From: a virus
Taxonomy: Duplodnaviria; Caudoviricetes
Strand: one strand, 5' to 3'
IMG/VR virus record: IMGVR_UViG_3300044852_000063
Span: 13,364 to 77,363 of that record
Length of the DNA stretch: 64,000 nucleotides
Shown: in pieces, positions 36,450 to 46,200 of the stretch
Position numbering within the stretch: the first letter of the stretch is position 1
Layout of the letters: every line of letters starts with the position of its first letter
Position numbers and translations under genes: made by a program
The notes under the pieces: model-generated
What the model was told of the DNA's origin: nothing
Seen by the model: the letters and a program-made list of their open reading frames with translations, nothing else
The model's database searches: none

Positions 36450-37184
36450 ATGTCCCTGCTCGCCAACCTGAACACCGATTCCAACATTGCTGACGAAAAA
36501 GACTCGGTCGGTGGCTCCCGCGTCCGTGAATCCGGTTTGTACCCGATGACCATCTCGCTGGCCTACCTGACCAAGTCCGCCGGCGGTGCCCTGGCCCTGA
36601 ACCTGCTGCTGAAAGACGACGACGGTGATGTCCGTCAACAGCTGTGGATCACCAACAAGAAAGGTGAAAACTTCTACACCGACAAGAAAAACGAGAAGCA
36701 GTACCTGCCGGGCTTCAACATGGCCAACAGCCTGTGCCTGCTGACCCTGGGCAAGGAAATCTCGGCGCTGGACACCGAAGACAAGGTCATCAACCTGTAC
36801 AACTACGAGACCAAGTCCGACGTACCGACCAAGGTCGACATGATCGTGGACCTGCTGAACCAGGACATCCTGGTCGGTCTGCTGAAGCAAACGGTCGACA
36901 AGACCCAAAAGAACGAAAGCACTGGCGAATACGTGCCGACCGGCGAAACCCGCGAGGAAAACGAAGTCGACAAGTTCTTCCGTGCGGCTGACCGCATGAC
37001 CTCCAGCGAAATCCGCGCTCAGGCTGAAACTGCCGTGTTCGCCGACACCTGGGCTGCCAAGTGGACCGGCAACGTGCGCAACAAGGCCAAGGGCGCGACC
37101 GGCACTGCCGGTGCACCGAAGGTCCCGGGCGCTGCTGCGGCCACCAAGCCACAACAGTCGCTGTTCGCCAAGCCTCAGTCGTAA
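36450..37184 (+). CDS. ssb: single-stranded DNA-binding protein (N4 gp45-like)
   Basis: Synteny; YLPGF, TGETREENEVDKFF, A/G/P-rich tail ending SLFAKPQS. Confidence 0.88.
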   Translation: MSLLANLNTDSNIADEKDSVGGSRVRESGLYPMTISLAYLTKSAGGALALNLLLKDDDGDVRQQLWITNKKGENFYTDKKNEKQYLPGFNMANSLCLLTLGKEISALDTEDKVINLYNYETKSDVPTKVDMIVDLLNQDILVGLLKQTVDKTQKNESTGEYVPTGETREENEVDKFFRAADRMTSSEIRAQAETAVFADTWAAKWTGNVRNKAKGATGTAGAPKVPGAAAATKPQQSLFAKPQS

Positions 37185-37200
37185 GTCTGGGCTGATCCAG

Positions 37201-37229
37201 AAAAGCCCCCAGTAGATGGGGGCTTTTTT
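37201..37229. terminator. intrinsic terminator
   Basis: AAAAGCCCCC-agtagat-GGGGGCTTTTTT. Confidence 0.85.
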
Positions 37230-37245
37230 ATCTGTGTGGGGTGTC

Positions 37246-37412
37246 TCAGGTCCTTGGTGGTTCGTATCGGGTTCGATTCCCGGGTCGACGGTCAACCTTA
37301 GATTGCTGTTGGTGCAGAGAAGACGTAATACCGCGGGTTCGATTCCCGCCGCCTGATGCACCTCGCTCCCTGGAGAGCACACCGGAAAGCAGTTGGTGAC
37401 GCGACTGTTTCC
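37246..37412 (+). ncRNA. tRNA-like structured element with two T-arms (not a canonical tRNA)
   Basis: CGGG-TTCGATT-CCCG at 37268-37282 and GCGGG-TTCGATT-CCCGC at 37333-37349. Confidence 0.5.
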
Positions 37413-37450
37413 CGCTGTACTCACCTTGAACAACTGGAAGGAATAAACCC

Positions 37451-37888
37451 ATGTGGGGCATGTTTAAAAAGAAAGCCAAAGTCGCTGCTCGCAACGTAGC
37501 GCGTTTCGAGAAGAAGGACCTGATGGAAGCCACCGTTGGCATCGCCATCCTGGTCATGTACGCCGACGGTGAGTCGAAGGACTCCGAGCGCGACAAGACC
37601 CAGAAGATCCTCAACAACACCCCGGCCCTGGCCAACTATGGCCCGGAAGTCCAGGCCACGTTCCAGCGTTATGACACCCTGTGCAAAGAGGTCGGCTTCA
37701 TGGCGGCCAAGGTGCAGATCATGCGCGAAATCAAACAGTGCCAGGGCGACCAGCACGAGATGGAAGACGTGCTGGTCACCGGCCTGACCGTGGCGCTGGC
37801 GGACGGTGGCATGGACGAAAAAGAAGAGAAGATCCTCAAGGAAGTCGCACAAACTTTCGGTCTTCGCCTCGAATCGTTCATCGAGTAA
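37451..37888 (+). CDS. TerB-like (tellurite-resistance family) protein
   Basis: LMEA.V...LV.YADG....E, VALADG..DEKE..IL.E.A..FGL. Confidence 0.85.
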   Translation: MWGMFKKKAKVAARNVARFEKKDLMEATVGIAILVMYADGESKDSERDKTQKILNNTPALANYGPEVQATFQRYDTLCKEVGFMAAKVQIMREIKQCQGDQHEMEDVLVTGLTVALADGGMDEKEEKILKEVAQTFGLRLESFIE

Positions 37889-37894
37889 TCGACC

Positions 37895-38110
37895 ATGGCC
37901 ATCAGCCGATCCGTCAAAGTGAAACTTGGCCTGCTGGTGGCTGCTGTGGTCCTGGGCATCTGGCTGTTCTTCCGCCTGATTGCCTGGGGCCAGTGCAGCT
38001 GGTACGGCCATCAAACCGGTCGGGACGTGCGTTACGCTGCCTTTATAGGCTGCATGGTGCACGTCAACGATCACTGGGTGCCTCGCACCGAACTCCGCAC
38101 GGAGCAATAG
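37895..38110 (+). CDS. small membrane protein
   Basis: N-terminal TM; C..YG..T.R..RY....GCMV...WVP. Confidence 0.7.
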   Translation: MAISRSVKVKLGLLVAAVVLGIWLFFRLIAWGQCSWYGHQTGRDVRYAAFIGCMVHVNDHWVPRTELRTEQ

Positions 38111-38111
38111 C

Positions 38112-38438
38112 ATGACCGAAGTGAACAACGCAGCACCGGAAACCAGCGGTGATGAACTGATCGAGATCACCTCGATCCCACAATTCGCCGCCATGGTCGC
38201 CGGTTGGCACACCAATATCGTGGGCCAGCTGAATCAAGGTCTGGCAGTGCCTGACGACGTGGAAATCTCCATCGGCCTCAAGCCAGGTGAAGACGACACG
38301 GTACTGACTGAAGAAATGCGCATCGGCTTCAAGGCTGGTCTGGTCATGGCCCTGTCGATCATCCAGGACCTGCCGTTTGAAGGCATCGCTGATTCGGTGG
38401 AAGCACCGGCCGGCGGCGACGAGGGCACTGCGCAATGA
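38112..38438 (+). CDS. hypothetical protein
   Basis: GGAG RBS; WH...GFKAGL....DLPF pattern. Confidence 0.72.
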   Translation: MTEVNNAAPETSGDELIEITSIPQFAAMVAGWHTNIVGQLNQGLAVPDDVEISIGLKPGEDDTVLTEEMRIGFKAGLVMALSIIQDLPFEGIADSVEAPAGGDEGTAQ

Positions 38439-38947
38439 GCCTGGTCACTGAAGCGGAACTGCAAGCGAAAGCCACCGCACCGCGGGTGACCAAAGACGCG
38501 ATCGATGCCCTGATGGCCACGGCTACCGTGTGCTTCGAGTGGCCTGAAGGCACCACCAGTACCTTCGCCCACGTCTACATCGGCACCTTCTACCTGGCCA
38601 GCGGCCACAGCGCCTGCATCTCGGTCGAGAACTATGACCAGGAGATCGGTGAGCGGATTGCTCGCGGCAACGCGATCAAGAAAGCCACGGATCAACTGTG
38701 GCAGCTGGAAGGTTACGCCCTGTACAAGCTGTTGAACCCGGCGCCGACCACGTTCGTGCAACGTATCGAGCTGGAACTCAACGTGCTGGTCGAGCGTATG
38801 GGCAAGCTGGCGGAGTTCATGGAGTCCCCACGCTACGAAGAACTGGCCCTGGAGGATCGTGACTTGCTCATTGATCAGCTGCAAGCCATGACTCTGTACC
38901 GTGGCGCCCTTGAACAGCGCCTGGCCCGGAGCAAAGCGACGGCATGA
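38435..38947 (+). CDS. Gp49-family domain fused to a crAss001_48-like helical domain (candidate nucleotide-signal sponge)
   Basis: PRVT, G.SAC...ENYD.EIG..IA..NA...LW.LEGY; QRI..E..L..R..KL..F...LL..Q..AM..Y...L..R. Confidence 0.75.
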   Translation: MSLVTEAELQAKATAPRVTKDAIDALMATATVCFEWPEGTTSTFAHVYIGTFYLASGHSACISVENYDQEIGERIARGNAIKKATDQLWQLEGYALYKLLNPAPTTFVQRIELELNVLVERMGKLAEFMESPRYEELALEDRDLLIDQLQAMTLYRGALEQRLARSKATA

Positions 38948-39528
38948 TCATCAACGTGGTGGGTTTCGACCCGTCACTGCGCAACTGGGGGATTGCTTGT
39001 GGCACCTATGACACGGTGTCCAGGCAAATCCTGATTCCCAAGGTGTCAGTGATCCAGCCGGAAGTGACCACGTCCAAGCAGGTGCGCCAGAACAGCAAAG
39101 ACCTCGAGTCAGCCTACCAGCTGACCGTGGGAGCCCTGGCTGTGGTGCACGATGCCCAGGCTGTGTTCATTGAAGTCCCGATCGGTAGCCAGTCTGCCCG
39201 CGCAATGGCCAGCTATGGCATCTGTGTCGGTGTAGCAGGCGCCCTCCGGGCCGCCAATGTGCCGTTCTTTGAACAGACCCCCACTGAAGTCAAGATGAGG
39301 GCCGTTGGTCGGAAGACTGCGACCAAAGAAGACATGATCAAGTGGGCTATGGCGCTGCATCCAGAAGCTAACTGGCCGATGTACTCGAAGAATGGGGTGA
39401 AGATGGTCAGTGAAGCCAAGGCTGAGCACATGGCAGACGCCATTGGCGCGATCTATGCTGGTATCTCCAGCGTCCCCTTCCAGCAACTGTTGCAGATGAT
39501 GTCTGCAACGACACAAAAGAGAGCGTGA
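38944..39528 (+). CDS. RuvC-like Holliday junction resolvase
   Basis: VGFDPSLRNWG, FIEVP, P.EVK, A.KEDM, HMADA. Confidence 0.85.
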   Translation: MIINVVGFDPSLRNWGIACGTYDTVSRQILIPKVSVIQPEVTTSKQVRQNSKDLESAYQLTVGALAVVHDAQAVFIEVPIGSQSARAMASYGICVGVAGALRAANVPFFEQTPTEVKMRAVGRKTATKEDMIKWAMALHPEANWPMYSKNGVKMVSEAKAEHMADAIGAIYAGISSVPFQQLLQMMSATTQKRA

Positions 39529-39531
39529 TCC

Positions 39532-39960
39532 ATGGAAATCAACCTGAAACAAAGCGAAATCGAAGTAGCGCTGCGTCAGTACGTCGCCAGCCAGGGCTTC
39601 AACCTGACTGGTCGTGCCGTAGCGATCACATTCACCAGTGGTCGTACCGCCAATGGCCTGACTGCACTGGTCGACATCGGTGATGTCACCGAAGTGCCGG
39701 CTGCAACTGGCCAGACCTACCGTACTCTGGAACTCCGCCAGTCTGATCTGCCATCGGGCGCCGTAGGCACCGCGGCAGTAGCACAGGTTGGCGTTGATCC
39801 GGCATTGCCGGGTGGTGACCACACCGTAGGTGGCACCGAAGCTGGGGCTGTAGTCCCGGAAGCGGGTGAAGCGGGGGAGTCGCCGGCTACAACGGCGCCT
39901 GAAGCAGAGGATACCGGCGCTGCACCGGTGAGCCTGTTCGCTAAACCTCAGTCGAACTGA
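39532..39960 (+). CDS. hypothetical protein with disordered tail ending in an SSB-like motif
   Basis: Q.EIE.AL..YV...G....FT.GR N-domain; ends SLFAKPQSN. Confidence 0.75.
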   Translation: MEINLKQSEIEVALRQYVASQGFNLTGRAVAITFTSGRTANGLTALVDIGDVTEVPAATGQTYRTLELRQSDLPSGAVGTAAVAQVGVDPALPGGDHTVGGTEAGAVVPEAGEAGESPATTAPEAEDTGAAPVSLFAKPQSN

Positions 39961-39968
39961 GTCCGGCC

Positions 39969-40157
39969 ATGGGCTTCCTGAAAGGGTTGGCCCTAGCGCT
40001 GGTGGGTCTGATTGGGTTTGTGGTGATCGGTGCCTTAGGTCTGTTCATCTCAGCCCTGGTCAGCATGTCGGGCTTTGTCCTGACTGGCTTACTGGCCCTG
40101 GCCTTGTTGCTTCATGGTTTGTGGGAAGGTTTCCACAAGCCGAAAAAACCTCCGTGA
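39969..40157 (+). CDS. small membrane protein
   Basis: Two hydrophobic segments, basic tail. Confidence 0.65.
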   Translation: MGFLKGLALALVGLIGFVVIGALGLFISALVSMSGFVLTGLLALALLLHGLWEGFHKPKKPP

Positions 40158-40172
40158 CTGGAGACCCGTAAG

Positions 40173-40211
40173 AAAAAAGCCCCGGCTGTTATGAGCAACC
40201 GGGGCTTTTCT
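40173..40211. terminator. bidirectional terminator
   Basis: AAAAGCCCCGG...CCGGGGCTTTT between convergent genes. Confidence 0.85.
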
Positions 40212-43200
40212 TTACTGGCCTTTAAACGGTGACATCATCGCATTCACAGTGGCCAGATCGTCCAAGGTGCCCGGGTACTTCAGCGCACCGATGCTCAACG
40301 GGTTGTTGAGGTGGTGCATGAAGCCCGAGTCCATCAGCGTCTGTGCCCCGGCGAAGTACTGGTCGATGCCGAGCAACATCAGCGCTCGCGCTGGGTTGTC
40401 CTTCCACAGGTGCATGATCACCTTCTGGATGCGCAAGTAGTATTTGGTGAACCAGATGATGCCCATGTCGTTCAGGTACTGCATCGAACGGTGGGTGGGG
40501 ATGTCGTAGTTCACAAAGGCATCCGAGACAAACTGCACCGCGGTCTTGTGGTCCATCGGCGCATTCTCGCGGTGAGTCATGTGCTGGTAGGCCGTGTAAC
40601 GCGCCAGGAAGTCACTGACCTGCGTACCCTGGCTCAGCCATTGGTACAGCGGCGTATCGTGCGCCATGTACAGCGTGCGGCCCGCTGCCTTGATGTGCTT
40701 GTTCAAGCCATTGGTGTACTTCTCGGCACCACGTACCAGTCGGCTCTTATAGCTGAACTCGTCGTGCTCTTGCGCCACGTCTTCCACAATCGTTGGCAAC
40801 AGGCCGGCGTCGATCAGCTCTTTCACCGGGCTACGGGCAATCGAGTCTTCCAACTGGATGATCCGCTGCTGCATGTCGTGCTGGGTGCCAACCAATGTCC
40901 CGGTCGCCAGCAACTGCTGGAGCTTGAACAGCTCCTTGGCATCCTTGCGGTAGGCGGTAACGCCGCGCAGTGCCACTCGATGGTGCTTGACGATGTCTTT
41001 CAACGGCACACCAATCCAGTACAGCTCACTGAAGTTGGACAGGACGTTGCCCAACAGGGTCAGACCGGACTTCACCACCAGGATGTCTTTGATCTCACTG
41101 ATGATTTCCTGCCAGATGTCCTCGGCCTGGCGCAGTTTCAAGCCCGCCCGTGCTTCAGCAGCGGCGCGGCCGTCGGCCGTTTGGTAAGGCAAGCTGTTGG
41201 CACCGCGATCGGCCAGGATGAACGACCAGAAGTCGACCGTGACCTGCTCCAGCGCATTGCGCACCTCTTTACCCGGCACTGTGCCGCCCTTGGCCTGTTT
41301 GCCGAACATGTCGCTGAGGCTGAACTTGCGGTAGCCAAAGTTCATGTCGATCAGGTCCGAGCGCACCAGCATGGTGTTCGAGCCCCAGACATCCTGAATG
41401 GCCTGCTGTGTCGACTTCGGCAACAGCTTGTAGGCTTCACGCAAGCTGGCATCCGGACTGGTCGGCCCGACTTTCAGATAGCGCTCCGGCATCGCGGCGT
41501 ACTCGGCCAGGTACTGGTCGTGCAGCGCCTGCACTGCGACCTTGTTCTGGTCAGCACTGGCTTGCTTGTCAAAGGTCGCCCCGGCGAACTTGCCCAGCAG
41601 CGAAGCGAAGCTGTTGTCGCGCTCCAGGGCCACGTCCTTGGTCTCGTGGTTCATCAGGTAGGCGTAGTTGACCGCTTCACCCTGGCTGTTGAACACCGGC
41701 GCCAGGTGATTGCCGCGTTCACGCCCCGGCTCGTAGTGCTCACCGGCACTGAACAGGGCATTGACTGCCGCCGCCTTCTTGCGCTCGATCAGGGCACTGT
41801 GGCGCTGGTTCTGTGCGTGCAGGGTCTGCCCTTGCATGTCGAACTCACCGCTGTGCACTGTGCTGCCCTTGGCATTCAGGCTGGTGGTCGAGAAGATCCC
41901 CGTCACATAGGCCTTCAGGCCACCATCCTCCAGGCGATACAGGTGCATTTCTTCGGCATATGGATCAGCCTTATCTTGCTCGAGCGCCTTGTCGCTCTTG
42001 GCATAGCCCAGTCGTTGCAGCTGCAACCCGTCCACCGCATTCGCTGCCTTCAGCGTGATGTGGGGATTGAACACTTCGGGCACATACCCTTTGATCATCA
42101 GGCCTTCAGCGCCATCGAACAGCCGCTCACGCGCCTGGTTCTGCAACTCACGGTGCATACGCAACGTTAGCTGCATCCCCGATTCATTGCCACGGGCATT
42201 CTCCACACGGAACACCTGAGCCAGGTTGCTTAGCACTGGACCATCGGTGTAGTGCAGCGCCAGCAGCGAAACCAGTGGGTCCAAGACCTTCTGCGCGGCT
42301 TTCGAGTCGGCGGCCGAGACACTGCCCTCTTGACGGGTGCCATACAGCTCGGCAATGCCCAACACGTTCTTCACCAGGTTTGGTGTGCGCACCTTGCCGG
42401 TGGCCATGTAGTAGGCCAGGTCCTTGGCCGCCCGCTGGTAGTAGTTGAAGTAGCGCGTCTTCTTCAGCGCCGCCATCTGCACGCCGATCGCCGCTTTCAG
42501 CTTGGCCGGATCGGACAACAGCTGTTCTAGTTCGTCCTGGGTGTACAGATCGAGCAGGCTTTGCATGTCGGCGCGCAGTGCGCCCTGAGTGATGGCCGAC
42601 TGTTGGGCTTTGGTCAGGTCGGTGCCGCCGTTGGCGAAACCCCCCAGTACCAGCTGCTCGGTGTCACTGATCAGGTGCTTGCGAATGCGCTCGTTGTTGT
42701 TGGTGGCGCGCAGCAGTTCATGCGCGGTCAGGTTGCCGGCATGGCTGCCGCGGATCTCGTTAAACAGGCCCATGACCATGCCCGGACGCTGCTTGAACTG
42801 CTGATCACGCAGACGCTGCACCCCTTCAACGAAGTGATCGAGACGATCACCGAACAGGGTGCTGGACACCGCGCCGAGGGCGCGCACCGAGCTCAGCTTG
42901 TTCTGCTTGACGAAGCTGCTGTCCGCCGCAGCGGTCAGGCCACGGCGCACCGCGTCGTTCAACTTGCGGGTCTGCGCCTCGACGATGTCGTTGAAGCCGT
43001 TCTTCGGCGCGGCGAGCATGGTCCGGCGCTTGGCTTCAATGCCGACCAGTTGCTCGATCAACGTCATCAGTTTGGCGTCAGCGATCTGCCCCGGCTGGGT
43101 GTGGGTCAGCTTGCTGTGCAGGGTCTCGAGGATACGCTCGAACAGGGCCTGCACCGCTTCCCAGAAACTCAGGCCTTTAAGGCTCTTGTTGTCCAGCTTG

Positions 43201-46200
43201 GTGCTGAACTGCATGGCCTGGGCCATCGGCTCGTAGGCCAACGACATGGCGGCGAAGCGCGCCAGGTAATCGGACTTGCCATCCATGCCTTGCTTGGCGG
43301 TGAACACGTAGTCGTAGGCGGCCTGGCCGATGTCGGCCGGGGTCAGCTTGGCCTTGGCCTCTTCATACAGCTTGCCCAGTTCGCGGTAGGCGACGGTGGT
43401 CGAGCCGGTGTTGTCGATCGAGGCCAGAGTCACGGCTTCGACCTGCTCGAAGACAAAGGCTTCTTGCGCACTCATCTGCACGCCGCTGACTTGCGCGGCG
43501 GAGCTGTACGGCAGGCGGCCAGTGGCAATCGCATTGACAAAGCGATCGTTCGGCGTCAGTGCCTGCTCCGCGGCAATCGCTGCTTTGATCACCCCGAATG
43601 GTCCATGCAGCTTGTCGGCAATGTTCAACTGCACGTTCTTCAGGTGCGCCACGAAGTGGGCTGGCGCCGAAGCCAGGTAATCAAACAGTTCCTGGGTCGA
43701 CAGCGAGGCCAGACGGGTCAGCGGATCAGTGCTGTTCATCGCCAGGGTCAGGCCAGTCGAGGTTTCCGGCTTGGCTTGAGTGGCGGCGAATAGGCCAGAG
43801 GCGTTCTCGATCAGCACGGTCAGGCCATTCAGCGCCTGGGCCGACTGGCTCAGACGGCTGTCATGGAACAGCAGGCCGGCAATCGAATCGATGAAGCGCT
43901 TCATCCCGGTGATGAACGAGTTGGCCACCGACTTATGCGGCACCTTCACCGCCCGCAGGACCTGGTCCTGGAAGGCTTTGTTGGTCAGACCATAGGCAAT
44001 CAGCTCGTGAACACTGGAAGTGGCGTCTTTGAAGCGCTCCATCAGCGCCGGACTGCCTTTCATGTAGCCTTTGACCCAGTTCAGCAGCTGTTCCAGCTCC
44101 TTGACCATGGCCTTGGCCTCAGGAGTAGACGGGTTCTCGGTCTCTTGAGCGACTACACCGTGCACAAGTTCGTGCATCAGCAGCTCAGTGGTCAGTCCAG
44201 AGCGGGCGAAGGCCGGCGACTTGACGAAGATACCGCGCTCAGAGTTGAACCAGCCCAGTGCATTGCTCAACTGGGTCATGTCTTGGCCGTCGAACGGGGT
44301 CTCAGGGGTGACGAAGGTCACCTTGAGGTCCTTGTTGACCGAACGAGCCAACAATTTCAACAGCTTAGCGAGGTAGCGGCCCTGTACATCGTCCTCCAGA
44401 CCTTGTGCAAGGACACTGAACAGCTCACCAGCGGTACGCTCAGGCTTCTCAGTGAAGAATTGTACCAGTCCAGGATCGCTGGCCACGCCAGAACGACCGA
44501 CTTCACCCCAGCTATTGCGCTTGGCCTCGGCTTCAGCGACTTGAGCCTCGGCTTCCTTGAGCATCAAGGTCCGGCCCAGCTTGCTCAGCTTGGTTTGAGT
44601 GGCTGGATCGATCTTATCCACCAGTGCAGCCTGGGCTTTGGCCACGTCAGCCTTGTTGGCCTCGGTGACTTCGTAGCTGTGACCGGCCAGGCCGTACTGA
44701 GAGATGAACTGTTGCTCAGCGAGGAACGCCAGCTTGGCCTGGTCCGCAGCGTGGGCGAAGCTCTGCACTTCTTGCAGCTTGCCAGCCAGACTGTCGATGT
44801 TGTTTTTCTTCATCAACTGGGACAGCTTGCCGGTCAGTTCGCTGTCGGCGTTGTCCTGCATCACGTCCGCCAGGCCCAGTAGCACCCGCTTCAGGGTGTC
44901 GGCCATGGCCTGCGGCGGCGAGTACGCCAGCAGGTTGTCGAAGGTCGACTGGTTCAAGTCCACCGCCATGTCGCCCAGCTCGTTGATCCCGCTGCCGCCG
45001 GCGTCGTGGATGTTGAGGATCGAGCGCTTGGCATACACCTGGCTCATGATCCCGGAGTCGGTCGACTGCACACCGTTGACCACCGAGGACACACCCGGGC
45101 CTTCGGCGACACGCTTGAAGCCACGGAAACGCATGGTTTTCACCGTGGCTTTCTTGTCCCCCGGCGCGGTCGGCACTTCCTCACCCAGCGAGAGCTGGCC
45201 ACTGTAGGCCGGGTCATCACTCAGCGATTTGCCGCTGTCGGCCAGCTTCACCCCGGTCGACACCGTGCCGTCGCGGTTGGAAATCGAGGTGGCCAGCAGT
45301 GGTTCCATGTGCGCCAGACGCTTGCGGATCAGCTCTTCCTGCTCGGCCGTGAGGTCGTGCAGCGGCGCATCCTTCTTGTTGTGCGTGGTGCTGGCGATCG
45401 AGCCCTTGAGGTTCTGCGCAATGTACGACTCGCGCATGTGCTGGTAGACCAGGTTGTACAGGTCGAAAGCCAGACGGCCGTAGCCGTTGTACTTGTCGCG
45501 GCGGGCAATGAAGTCGCTCAGCGTGTCATTCAGCGCTTGCTCCATGGCCACACCGACGGTCTCGGCGAAGAACTTCTTCAACGCCACTTCCTGTTTGCCG
45601 GACAGCACGTTGTTCATCGCGTCTTCGATCGACATCGAGGTGTTGAGTCCAGACTCGTTCTGCTCACGCAGCATGGCGCTGACATGGGTCAGCAGCTCAG
45701 TCAGCTGTTCGCTGGCCAGTGCCCGGTCTGGATGCGCGGCCAGTTTCTCGATCTTGCCGTACAGGTTGCCGATGAAGTCGTCGGCCATACCATCGATGGC
45801 AGCGGCCATGGTCGAACCGTAGTTCACCGCGGTCAGGGGGCGCTTGACGATGTTGCGATCGACGTTGACCGACAGGTCACCGGTGATGGCGAACACATGG
45901 GCCAGGTGCTCTGGAATGAACGGCATGCCGCGCAGGTGTTCGGTCAGGCGATCCGCCAGGGTTTCGTAGAAGTCCCGGTTACCCTGGCCACGCCAGGTGG
46001 GGTAATCGGTAGCCGAAGCACCTTCGGCATAGAATCCACCCTTCTCGGCAATGTCCTGGGTGATGGTGCCGAACAGGATCTGGCTCAGCATCGGGCCGTT
46101 GGTCACACCGTCGACTTCACCCATCAGCTTGCTGGTGAACTTTTGCTTGCTGGCTTTGGCCATGTCGAACTGGACCATCTCCATCAGCACGGCGAAGCTG

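Noticed and set aside
37246-37362. Canonical tRNA, tmRNA or attP site
   Set aside because: No D-arm, anticodon arm or CCA, too short for tmRNA, and no integrase in the window; kept only as a tRNA-like element
35712-37433. 573-aa - strand ORF
   Set aside because: Spans two real + strand genes and a terminator; composition typical of antisense frames
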